20,660 nt of DNA, taken from positions 1-20,660 of the forward strand of contig JBHIAC010000046.1 of assembly GCA_046758365.1 (NCBI GenBank). Reading direction: 5' to 3'. A program made the position numbers and the translations under genes. Within the stretch, counting starts at the first letter, position 1, and every line of letters begins with the position of its first letter. Shown here in pieces: positions 9,473 through 17,116 of the stretch. The DNA comes from a bacterium (GTDB lineage: Bacteria > Zhuqueibacterota > Zhuqueibacteria > Oceanimicrobiales > Oceanimicrobiaceae). The notes beneath the pieces were generated by a model that saw only the letters and a program-made list of their open reading frames with translations, had not been told where the DNA came from and ran no database searches.

Positions 9473-9622
9473 ATAAATGACGTTGGTGCAAAAATAGGAT
9501 AATTTTAATTTTTAGGACGTAGGATTTCTATCCCGTTGGATAAATATCCTACGGGATCTATCCAACGTCCTTTACAACTTAAACTTTTTAACTTCCTACC
9601 TTTTTGCACCTACGTCATAAAT
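9473..9622. mobile_element. MITE/REP-like non-autonomous element with nested inverted repeats
   Basis: 18-bp IRs ATGACGTTGGTGCAAAAA (9477-9494) and TTTTTGCACCTACGTCAT (9601-9618) with one mismatch. Internal hairpin 9515-9570. GACG...CGTC core flanked by ATAAAT direct repeats. Confidence 0.65.
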
Positions 9623-9625
9623 AAT

Positions 9626-9654
9626 TTGTTTGTTATAAATTTATTTTGTATAAT
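9626..9654 (+). promoter_or_regulatory. Putative strong sigma70 promoter
   Basis: TTGTTT (9626-9631)-N17-TATAAT (9649-9654). Predicted TSS near 9661. Confidence 0.55.
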
Positions 9655-9660
9655 ATATAA

Positions 9661-9830
9661 CATAATAAGTCAAATTCAAATTTAGTAAAAAGGAGATTTC
9701 AAGGGCAGTTCTTAACATGCGAAGCTGAGTTTGAATTTTAAGACTGGAATAGATTTTGGTCGGGCCTCATACCAGATTCGATAGTAGCGATGAATATAGA
9801 GCCGGTTAGGACTGCCCTTGTTTATTTTTT
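9661..9830 (+). ncRNA. Candidate structured small RNA or leader RNA (unassigned family)
   Basis: GC-enriched island downstream of a promoter. Stem 9700-9716/9805-9820 is followed by a U-tract. A crossing 15-bp stem 9672-9686/9724-9738 has three G-U pairs valid on the + strand. Confidence 0.45.
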
Positions 9831-9890
9831 GTTCCTATAAGTAGTATTTTCCAAATTTTTTGAACCAAATAACACGCCTACAAGTATAAG

Positions 9891-9926
9891 AACCCGTTGA
9901 TTACGTCTCGTGCGGGTTTTTTATTT
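9891..9926 (+). terminator. Putative intrinsic terminator
   Basis: AACCCG(T)...(G)CGGGTT stem followed by TTTTATTT. Confidence 0.55.
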
Positions 9927-10046
9927 GAAAATAGAATTTATTAACGATATTTATTAGGATAAGTGAATTTATATCTCTTTGCAACTTATAGTTTTATTCA
10001 CCGTAACTCACTGAGGGTTATCAAGTAAAATCATCGAGAATTTTGT

Positions 10047-10964
10047 ATGCCCGCTTTAGAAACTTTTCAATTAACAAAAATATTTAGTCGAGGAAAGATT
10101 ACCGCGCTAAATGAGGTTTCACTGTCGGTAGAAGAAGGTATTATTTTTGGCCTTCTTGGGCCTAATGGGGCTGGTAAAACGACTCTTATTAAAATATTAC
10201 TTGGAATTCTTTTTCCAACTTCAGGGACTGCAAAAGTTTTAAATAGTCCACTTAACGATTATAAAGTAAAAGAAAATATTGGATATCTACCAGAGAATCA
10301 TCGGTATCCAGATTTTCTTAATGGCGGAGATGTATTAGATTATTATGCTAAATTATCTGGGGTGGAAAAGAAGTCTCGAGCGAAAAATAAAGCAAGACTT
10401 CTTAAACTGGTGAACATGGAAAAATGGCAGCACACCAAGCTTAAAAAATATTCAAAGGGCATGTTACAACGTCTGGGGTTGGCGCAGGCCATGATTAATG
10501 ATCCAAAGATTCTTTTTCTTGATGAACCCACCGATGGTGTAGATCCCATAGGCCGGAAAGAAATTCGGGACATCTTATTACATTTGAAAGAAGAAGGCAA
10601 AACCATCTTTTTAAACTCTCATATGCTTTCTGAAGTTGAAATGATCTGTGATGAAGTCGCCATTTTAGATAAAGGAAGACTTATCCAAAGGTGTACCGTA
10701 GCAGAACTTACCTCACCTTCCAAAACGTATCGAATAGAAACATCGAAATTATCAGATAAAGTAGCTAAGGGTCTTAAAACCCATACTCTAAAACTTAAGC
10801 AGTACAATGGATTTATTCAATTAACAGTGACTAGTCAAAAAAAGCTGAATGCCATAATTGATCATTTAAGAGCAAATACAGTTGATATAAAATCAGTGGT
10901 ACCTCATAAACATAGCCTAGAAGAAAGCTTTATTAAAATTCTACAAGAAGACATTGAAGAATAA
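10047..10964 (+). CDS. ABC-2-type exporter ATP-binding protein
   Basis: GPNGAGKTT, YSKGMLQRLG, LFLDEPTDGVDP, NSH, C-terminal SLEE.F. Confidence 0.93.
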   Translation: MPALETFQLTKIFSRGKITALNEVSLSVEEGIIFGLLGPNGAGKTTLIKILLGILFPTSGTAKVLNSPLNDYKVKENIGYLPENHRYPDFLNGGDVLDYYAKLSGVEKKSRAKNKARLLKLVNMEKWQHTKLKKYSKGMLQRLGLAQAMINDPKILFLDEPTDGVDPIGRKEIRDILLHLKEEGKTIFLNSHMLSEVEMICDEVAILDKGRLIQRCTVAELTSPSKTYRIETSKLSDKVAKGLKTHTLKLKQYNGFIQLTVTSQKKLNAIIDHLRANTVDIKSVVPHKHSLEESFIKILQEDIEE

Positions 10965-11807
10965 ATGAAAATATTTATTAAAGTTTGGACATTAATCACG
11001 CACACATTTCGCGAATCTCTTGCTAAAAAAACATTTATTGTATTTTTTGTCCTTTCAACTTTGAACCACCTTTTTTTCCTTTTAGCCCTTGATGTGGACG
11101 TAGTGGATGGTGCTGTGGCCATGGTTCAGATTTTTGGTCAGGAGCTCCAAAGCAATCAGCAAATAGACGTGCAAAAAATGATTATTGTAATTGAATCCTT
11201 CATTGCAGTCTTTTTTGCATTTATCGGCGGAATCTTTTTTTCTATTTTTGCCACAGCAAGTTTAGTTCCCACAATGCTTGAAAAAGGAAGCATCGAAATC
11301 CTTCTATCTAAACCACTTTCTCGGACACAAATTTTTATTGGGCGTTTTCTTGGAGCCCAATCGATCATGGTGATAAATGTGATCTACTTAATCGGCGGCT
11401 CGTGGCTTATTTTATCCATGAAAACAAATTTTTGGTACATTCCTTATCTTTATTCTATTCCTATGGTCATAGCGGCCTTTGCATTTATGTACGCTTTGAT
11501 GGCTTTTGTGGGTTTAACTACACGAAGCACAGGCGTTTCAGTAATGGTGGCCTATGCTGCACTGCTTTTTAGTGCTGTGTTTACACCTAATAAAGAGAAA
11601 TTTTATGCTTTGCTATCAAAGAAAATTTACTACATTTTAGATAGCGTTTATCACGCTCTTCCAAAAACTTATGATATGGGTGTAATAACTTTTTCCTTAG
11701 TAAGTGGAAAACCTTTTGATGGATGGACGGCTCTTTGGACCTCCAGCATCGCTGGTTTTTTAATGCTATTAGCTTCAATTTTAGTTTTTTCAAAAAAAGA
11801 TTATTAA
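10965..11807 (+). CDS. ABC-2-type exporter permease
   Basis: TFRE, EKGSIEILLSKPLSR..IF.G.FLG motif, about 6 TM segments. Coupled to the ATPase by TAAATG. Confidence 0.88.
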   Translation: MKIFIKVWTLITHTFRESLAKKTFIVFFVLSTLNHLFFLLALDVDVVDGAVAMVQIFGQELQSNQQIDVQKMIIVIESFIAVFFAFIGGIFFSIFATASLVPTMLEKGSIEILLSKPLSRTQIFIGRFLGAQSIMVINVIYLIGGSWLILSMKTNFWYIPYLYSIPMVIAAFAFMYALMAFVGLTTRSTGVSVMVAYAALLFSAVFTPNKEKFYALLSKKIYYILDSVYHALPKTYDMGVITFSLVSGKPFDGWTALWTSSIAGFLMLLASILVFSKKDY

Positions 11808-11824
11808 CCAACGGGAGATTTGTT

Positions 11825-12847
11825 ATGAAGGTAAGAAAATTATTTGTAGTAATATTTAGTGTGTTCATTTTATTCGGGAGTTGTTCTGGTGAGCAACCAG
11901 AGAATGCAAAGAAGGAATTATCTGTTTCTGCTGCTAATCATTTGACTTTGATACCTAAGGAAACTAATGTACTATGTTATATTAATTTTGAAAATTTAAA
12001 AAAATCACCTTTAGGTGAAGATTTAAGTAAAGAATTGGAATTAATGATTAAAGAAGAAAGAGAAGATGAAGAGTATTTAGAATTTGTAGAAAAAACGGGT
12101 TTAGATTTAAAACGAGATATTTATGATATTTGGTTGGCGGTGTTTGCAAATAACGAGAACGACGAGGAAGGTGGGGTAATTGCGAGAGGAAAATTCAATC
12201 GTAAGAAAATTATTGATTATTTGAAAGAAGAAAAGCATCATGAATTTCGAGAAAAAACTTATTTAGACTATAAAATTTATCTCTTAGAAGATAATGACGA
12301 TACTGCCATGGTCTTTTTGAATGATGAAACGATAGCATTAGGCAAGATTTATTGGCTTCGAAAGGTCATCGCTCAATCAAAAAATGATAAAACAAGCATT
12401 CTAAATAATTCAGTCATGACTGAGCTCATGGATAGAGTTCAATACAAAGACCAAATGTGGGGTATTTTAAACCTTAAGGAGTTATCGGGAAAATGGTCAG
12501 AGGAAATTAGAAAACGTGGTTCAGGGTTTAAAGGAACGCAATCAATAGAAAACATGCAGTGGATTATTTTTCATACTCAAGTTGACCAAAAAGCTAGTAT
12601 TTTTATCGAGGGGAATTTTAACACTAAGGAGGAAGCCCAGTTATTGGCTGAAATGCTTAACGGATTTAAAGCTATGGCAAAGTTGTCAGTTTCTGATGAC
12701 AAAGAAGCTGTTGATATGCTAAATGACATAAAAATTATTCCCAAGGGATCAATATTAAATGTCACTGCAAAAATTGATAAGGAGTTTTTTGAAAAAATGG
12801 AACAAAACCGTAAGAAATTCGGGAATACAAATTTTGACTGGTTATAA
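11825..12847 (+). CDS. Putative lipoprotein of unknown function
   Basis: ATG 11825 with GGGAG SD. MKVRK + hydrophobic stretch + LFGSC lipobox. The track start at 11723 overlaps the permease and is unlikely. Confidence 0.75.
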   Translation: MKVRKLFVVIFSVFILFGSCSGEQPENAKKELSVSAANHLTLIPKETNVLCYINFENLKKSPLGEDLSKELELMIKEEREDEEYLEFVEKTGLDLKRDIYDIWLAVFANNENDEEGGVIARGKFNRKKIIDYLKEEKHHEFREKTYLDYKIYLLEDNDDTAMVFLNDETIALGKIYWLRKVIAQSKNDKTSILNNSVMTELMDRVQYKDQMWGILNLKELSGKWSEEIRKRGSGFKGTQSIENMQWIIFHTQVDQKASIFIEGNFNTKEEAQLLAEMLNGFKAMAKLSVSDDKEAVDMLNDIKIIPKGSILNVTAKIDKEFFEKMEQNRKKFGNTNFDWL

Positions 12848-13627
12848 ATAACGTTGGATAGCTTTGTCCACATCCAATATTGTGTATCGGATTCGATAGG
12901 GTTCTGAATGGTAGATATTTCCCCAAAACGGTTTTTCTAAAATAGTACCTTTCGAATTGAGGAGCCATAAAGTGGGGGTGCCATATTTTTGATTATCACC
13001 TGGCCCTCGGAATTGTCCCTGCCATTCGAAAATATTTCCATAATCTTTACCTGGCTGCAAATTTTTTCTTCGATTAAAAAGAAGTCGAAACCTCAAGTCA
13101 TAATACGTGTCGATAGGAATTAGACCGCTATGTGTAATATCTTCGGTTTTTTCAATGAAAGCCTTGGAGCTTTCTGTAAACTTTTTTGAGCTCTCAGAGT
13201 GATCTAAAAAAACCCGTTTCTCAAATCCGTAATTTTGAGAGGAATAAATTGGGGGACAGGCCACTGGGATTAACTTTACTTCGGCTTCTTTATACTTGGA
13301 ATGAACAAAACGAATAATGTGCATGTCTTCAAATGAGTCCGGACACCAAATATTTCCAAGGCGTCTTGAATCATTAACCACAGCACCACCATAAATATAT
13401 AAAAAGATTACTTTAGAATCCAAGGCCTTACAAAGATCAATTAAATTATGTTTGTTTAAATCTTTATCCAATACAAAAGCTTTGGAAGAAATTTGACCGC
13501 CTGGTGTGTATTCAGAATTGTGGTATTTGTTATTTTGAGGTAATGATATATTGATAAAAGGTTTTTTATTAAGTAAAATTAACGATCCCATACTTAAACT
13601 TGTTTTTAAAAAGTTACGTCTCTTCAT
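12842..13627 (-). CDS. Tat-exported thioredoxin-like (TlpA/AhpC-TSA-like) protein with WCPDS motif
   Basis: MKRRNFLK twin-arginine signal and AAGGAG SD. IFLYIY...WCPDS and a cis-Pro-like 'GTPTLWLLNSKGTI' segment. Confidence 0.6.
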   Translation of the reverse strand: MKRRNFLKTSLSMGSLILLNKKPFINISLPQNNKYHNSEYTPGGQISSKAFVLDKDLNKHNLIDLCKALDSKVIFLYIYGGAVVNDSRRLGNIWCPDSFEDMHIIRFVHSKYKEAEVKLIPVACPPIYSSQNYGFEKRVFLDHSESSKKFTESSKAFIEKTEDITHSGLIPIDTYYDLRFRLLFNRRKNLQPGKDYGNIFEWQGQFRGPGDNQKYGTPTLWLLNSKGTILEKPFWGNIYHSEPYRIRYTILDVDKAIQRYL

Positions 13628-13792
13628 TTTATTCTCCTTCCTATTTACAAGCCTCTGCCAATTGATGAGATAATCAAAAGAGAGTGCACTTCGTATTCAG
13701 TGTTTTCTTGCACCACAGGTCTTCCTTCTATCTATAGTATCGTTAATCAAATCTTTATTTTTTTGCATAAAGAATTACTACCAAAATATACT

Positions 13793-13850
13793 TCCAACGG
13801 ATAGAAGAACCCAACTGATTTTAATAAATTTAGTTCCACACTCCGTTGGA
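13793..13850. repeat. Intergenic inverted repeat / hairpin
   Basis: Perfect 9-bp IR TCCAACGGA / TCCGTTGGA enclosing an imperfect inner stem AACTGATTTT-AAT-AAATTTAGTT. Confidence 0.45.
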
Positions 13851-14174
13851 GATAATTTTAGTCTGATCAGCTCTAACTTTTGTAGATTTTATAACTTAGG
13901 CTGCTCTGAGTTGAAATGTCTGCACAATCATTTTTTAATTTTAAAAAGAATATTTTAAATAAGCAAGCAGATTTAAACAAAGACTATTCAATACTTGGAT
14001 TATTTACATGACTTATTAATCAAATTTATCGCAGAGTTTAGTCTAAAGGATGAAGGACAAACGGTGACATTTATTCGATTGGCTTGTTTTATTTACTGCA
14101 TAGAGGGAAATGATATTAGCAGGTAAATTGGCCCCTAATAATTAATTTTTATGTTAAAAGCTTGAAATTTTGGA

Positions 14175-15104
14175 TTACCTTTTAATGGCGGTGTTTTCAA
14201 CTCTAAATATCTCTTCAAATTCAGTTAAGCTTGTACCAAAAATTTCCTCAAAAGCCTTCTGGAATTCAACTGCCTCCATATAAGATTTTATCAGAGCAAC
14301 AAATTGAGCTATTTTTGCAGGTCCAAACTTCTGATTAATTGCATAAACAAAAGCATAAGAGGAGTACCAGTCTTGAGTTAAAGAATCACCAATAGCGTGC
14401 TTTTTGAAAAGCTTAACTGCAGAAACGTAGCCATTTTTCTGTATTTCATCCAAACACATTTTATAATAGGCTTGGGATGTAGATGGATTTTGAAAATAAT
14501 TTCCATAAATGCGGGATAAAGGCTCAAAAAGAAAAGGTGGTTCTGAATTAATGAAATAAAAAATCGTAAGAGCACCTTTTTGCAAATCAAATGGCTGGGG
14601 CGATATAATACCACCTCTTAGGTCTTCAAATGGAAAAACCTTTCCTTCTTTAGCCGTTAGATCGTAACGGTATGGAATTTTTTCCAAGGCTTCAATTTGG
14701 AATAGTTTAACAATTTCGTTAAAATGGGCATCTTGGACTTCTAGGATAATTTCTGGAGGCGGTTGATCCCAGCGATAGTAGTAAATAAAGTGGTCTGTCT
14801 CCCTCTTTTGCCATTGACTCTCCCACTCTATGATTGTTTTCAATTGATTTCTAAAGCTAATGTCTTCGTCAAATTTTATCAAGACCAGAGGCTGGAGATT
14901 AGTCTCAAGGTTTAAAGCAGCAATTTTCAAATAATCCCGCCAAGGAGCTAAAGTAGGAGATTTTAACAGAGTTGTATCCGCGTCTCTAACGGCCTTACGA
15001 ACAGCCCGAGCGATTTTAAGTTCGTTTAATTTGTTAGACACGCTTAGTCCAGGGATGATAAAAACCAAAATTCCAAAAAACAAAAACAATATAAAAGTTT
15101 TCAT
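14175..15104 (-). CDS. Secreted peptidase-MA-like fold protein lacking HExxH
   Basis: Signal peptide, W...ETDHF..YY motif, P.FLFEPLS.IY (compare P.W..EG.A.Y), and C-terminal Y..S.AFV......FG...F..AF...FG.SL.EFE typical of peptidase MA-like domains. Confidence 0.6.
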   Translation of the reverse strand: MKTFILFLFFGILVFIIPGLSVSNKLNELKIARAVRKAVRDADTTLLKSPTLAPWRDYLKIAALNLETNLQPLVLIKFDEDISFRNQLKTIIEWESQWQKRETDHFIYYYRWDQPPPEIILEVQDAHFNEIVKLFQIEALEKIPYRYDLTAKEGKVFPFEDLRGGIISPQPFDLQKGALTIFYFINSEPPFLFEPLSRIYGNYFQNPSTSQAYYKMCLDEIQKNGYVSAVKLFKKHAIGDSLTQDWYSSYAFVYAINQKFGPAKIAQFVALIKSYMEAVEFQKAFEEIFGTSLTEFEEIFRVENTAIKR

Positions 15105-15205
15105 GGGAGATTCTAATAATTATTTAGCCCATATTTCGAAAAATATTGCTGAATGATTTTATTCTTTCATCAATAGTTATAAATATTTGTTATTAGGCTT
15201 ATTTA

Positions 15206-15234
15206 AATATACAATAAATAAAAAACAATGTCAA
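15206..15234 (-). promoter_or_regulatory. Near-consensus sigma70 promoter for the peptidase-MA-like gene
   Basis: Minus strand TTGACA-N17-TATATT, about 100 bp upstream of ATG 15104. Confidence 0.65.
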
Positions 15235-15248
15235 TAACTAAGAAAGGG

Positions 15249-15284
15249 GGTTAATCCATAATCTTGGATTGTTCACGATTAACC
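15249..15284. repeat. Inverted repeat between divergent promoters
   Basis: Perfect 8-bp arms GGTTAATC / GATTAACC with an inner ATAATC-TTG-GATTGT stem. Confidence 0.4.
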
Positions 15285-15307
15285 GCAACAAAATATGAGA
15301 TTTTTCA

Positions 15308-15344
15308 ATAAATGACGCAGGTGCGAAGCCCAAACGTCATAAAT
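15308..15344. mobile_element. Minimal copy of the element at 9473-9622
   Basis: ATAAAT-GACGCAGGTGC-GAA-GCCCAAACGTC-ATAAAT. Shares flanks AATAAATGACG and ACGTCATAAATAATTT with the long copy. Confidence 0.55.
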
Positions 15345-15412
15345 AATTTCTACTATTTATATCGGATTAAGTATCAAATAATTAAATAGTTTTGTTAATT
15401 AAAAACGTTTTA

Positions 15413-15441
15413 TTGACTTTAGATTTTTTTTTGAGTATTTT
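15413..15441 (+). promoter_or_regulatory. Putative sigma70 promoter for xdhC
   Basis: TTGACT-N17-TATTTT, about 25 bp upstream of ATG 15467. Confidence 0.5.
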
Positions 15442-15466
15442 TAAATAATAACGTAAACGAGAATAA

Positions 15467-16288
15467 ATGGATATTTACCGAGAAATATTAAGTCTACAAG
15501 AATCACAAACGCCTGCTGCATTAGTCACTGTGATTGATTGTTCTGGTTCAACACCGCGCAATGTAGGTACTAAAATGCTTGTAAAATCGGATGAAACCAT
15601 CCTTGGTACTATTGGTGGCGGGGCCATGGAACAACAAGTAATACAGGATGCTCTAGAGGTTATATCTAATAGAATAGCTAAGCGAGCAAAGTACAAGTTA
15701 TCCTCCGACTTGGGGATGTACTGTGGAGGGGCCATGGAAGTATTTATTGAACCTATTATTACAAAGTCCAATCTAATTATATTTGGAGCTGGGCACACTG
15801 GAGCAGCCCTTTGCCGCATAGGAAAATTTTTAGACTTCCAGGTGACTGTTGTTGATGAGCGCCCTAAATTTGCAAATCAAAAACATCTCCCTGATGCAGA
15901 TAAAATTCTGGCAGAATTTCATAAAAAGGCTTTTGAAATTCTTACTTTTAGTAAAAATAGTTATATTATCATTGTGACTCACGATAATCAATATGATGAA
16001 GAAATTCTTTCTGACTGCGCCAAACAGGAGTGGGCTTATTTAGGAATGATTGGCAGCAAAAGAAAGGCTGCCAAAGCTTTTGAACGGCTTCGTGCTGAGG
16101 GCCTAAAAGAAGAAATTATCCAGAAAATTCATTCACCTATGGGGATCCAAATTGGAGCCCAGACACCTGAAGAAATCGCTGTGGCAATTCTTGCTGAGAT
16201 TATTTCGATTAAATATGGTGTCTCAGCCTCAGTTCCTTCAATGAAATGGGAAGGAGTTGCTAAAAAGAAAAAGGTAAAAGTGCAATAA
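15467..16288 (+). CDS. xdhC: XdhC/CoxI family xanthine dehydrogenase accessory (Moco chaperone) protein
   Basis: GSTPR..G.KMLV, GTIGGG..E, GM.CGG...VFIEP, IFGAGH, YLGMIGSKRK, IGAQTPEEIAVAILAE. Confidence 0.92.
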   Translation: MDIYREILSLQESQTPAALVTVIDCSGSTPRNVGTKMLVKSDETILGTIGGGAMEQQVIQDALEVISNRIAKRAKYKLSSDLGMYCGGAMEVFIEPIITKSNLIIFGAGHTGAALCRIGKFLDFQVTVVDERPKFANQKHLPDADKILAEFHKKAFEILTFSKNSYIIIVTHDNQYDEEILSDCAKQEWAYLGMIGSKRKAAKAFERLRAEGLKEEIIQKIHSPMGIQIGAQTPEEIAVAILAEIISIKYGVSASVPSMKWEGVAKKKKVKVQ

Positions 16289-16330
16289 TCTAATCATTTT
16301 GAGAATTTATTTTTATCTTTTAATGTTACA

Positions 16331-16370
16331 GGAGTGATGGAGCAATGGATTTATGGAGTGATGAAAGAAT
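16331..16370. repeat. Degenerate 8-bp tandem repeat, 5 units (consensus near GGAGTRAT)
   Basis: GGAGTGAT GGAGCAAT GGATTTAT GGAGTGAT GAAAGAAT. Confidence 0.7.
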
Positions 16371-16395
16371 AAACCTTTTTTGTTAATTTGAAGAA

Positions 16396-16986
16396 ATGAT
16401 TTCTGCCATCATTTTAGCCGCTGGTGCATCGACTCGAATGGGCAAACCAAAGGCTCTGGTGAAGTTTAAAGAAAAAACATTTTTAGAAACAGTTATTGAC
16501 AATTTTCAAAAAGCTGGCATTGAAAAAATTATAGTGGTGTTAGGTCATGCCGTTGAAGAAATTGCAACAAAATTAAAGCTCCCTTCTGATTTATATGTTC
16601 TCAATGAAAAGTATACCTTGGGGCAGTTTTCTTCCTTTCAAACAGGAGTGAAATATTTAGAACCAGATATTGCTGGAACATTTTTAGCTTTGGTCGATCA
16701 ACCTCAGATTGGTGAAACTGTCCTCACAAAACTTCTTAATGCTTTTGTTGGAAACTCTAATAAAATAATAATTCCAACCTACCAAGGTAAACGCGGACAC
16801 CCACCGATCTTCCCAAAAACGTTGTTTCATGAAATTCTATCTTCCTCTTCCTCTCAAACGGCTGCTGACTTAATTCGCAAAAATCAGGATAAAGTGTTGG
16901 AGGTGAAGGTTAAACATGAATGTATTCTTTGGAATATAAATAATAAGCAGGATTTGCATGAGGTGCGGAAGCGTTCTGGTTTTTAA
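16396..16986 (+). CDS. mocA: Molybdenum cofactor cytidylyltransferase (MocA/YgfJ-like NTP transferase)
   Basis: IILAAGAS.RMG.PKAL, G..SS...G, LVDQP, GKRGHP.IF. Adjacent to xdhC. Confidence 0.82.
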   Translation: MISAIILAAGASTRMGKPKALVKFKEKTFLETVIDNFQKAGIEKIIVVLGHAVEEIATKLKLPSDLYVLNEKYTLGQFSSFQTGVKYLEPDIAGTFLALVDQPQIGETVLTKLLNAFVGNSNKIIIPTYQGKRGHPPIFPKTLFHEILSSSSSQTAADLIRKNQDKVLEVKVKHECILWNINNKQDLHEVRKRSGF

Positions 16987-17116
16987 ACAAATGAGATTAT
17001 TAATAAAGTTAAATAAAATGCCTGTTATGCAAAGGTTAGCTTTTATCTCGAAATAGATATTGGGAAAATTATTTTGCATTGTACACTAATAGAAAAATTT
17101 GAATAAGGAGTTAAGA

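Noticed and set aside
9790..9840. 16-aa hydrophobic ORF MNIEPVRTALVYFLFL as a type I toxin or leader peptide
   Set aside because: No SD at a proper distance, and the hydrophobicity derives from the U-tract. Unsupported without homologues.
9473..9926. CRISPR array, retron msr-msd or tRNA interpretation of the structured intergenic region
   Set aside because: No regularly spaced direct repeats, no reverse transcriptase or cas gene in the window, and no cloverleaf or T-loop consensus.
11723..11824. N-terminal extension of the lipoprotein ORF
   Set aside because: It overlaps the permease gene. The SD and signal peptide fit ATG 11825.
13645..13716. 23-aa minus-strand ORF (GTG start, AAGGA upstream) before the Tat gene
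   Set aside because: Too short and featureless to support without conservation data.
13995..14126. 43-codon plus-strand open frame in the intergenic region
   Set aside because: TTG start, no SD, no recognisable similarity. Cannot call it a gene or pseudogene.
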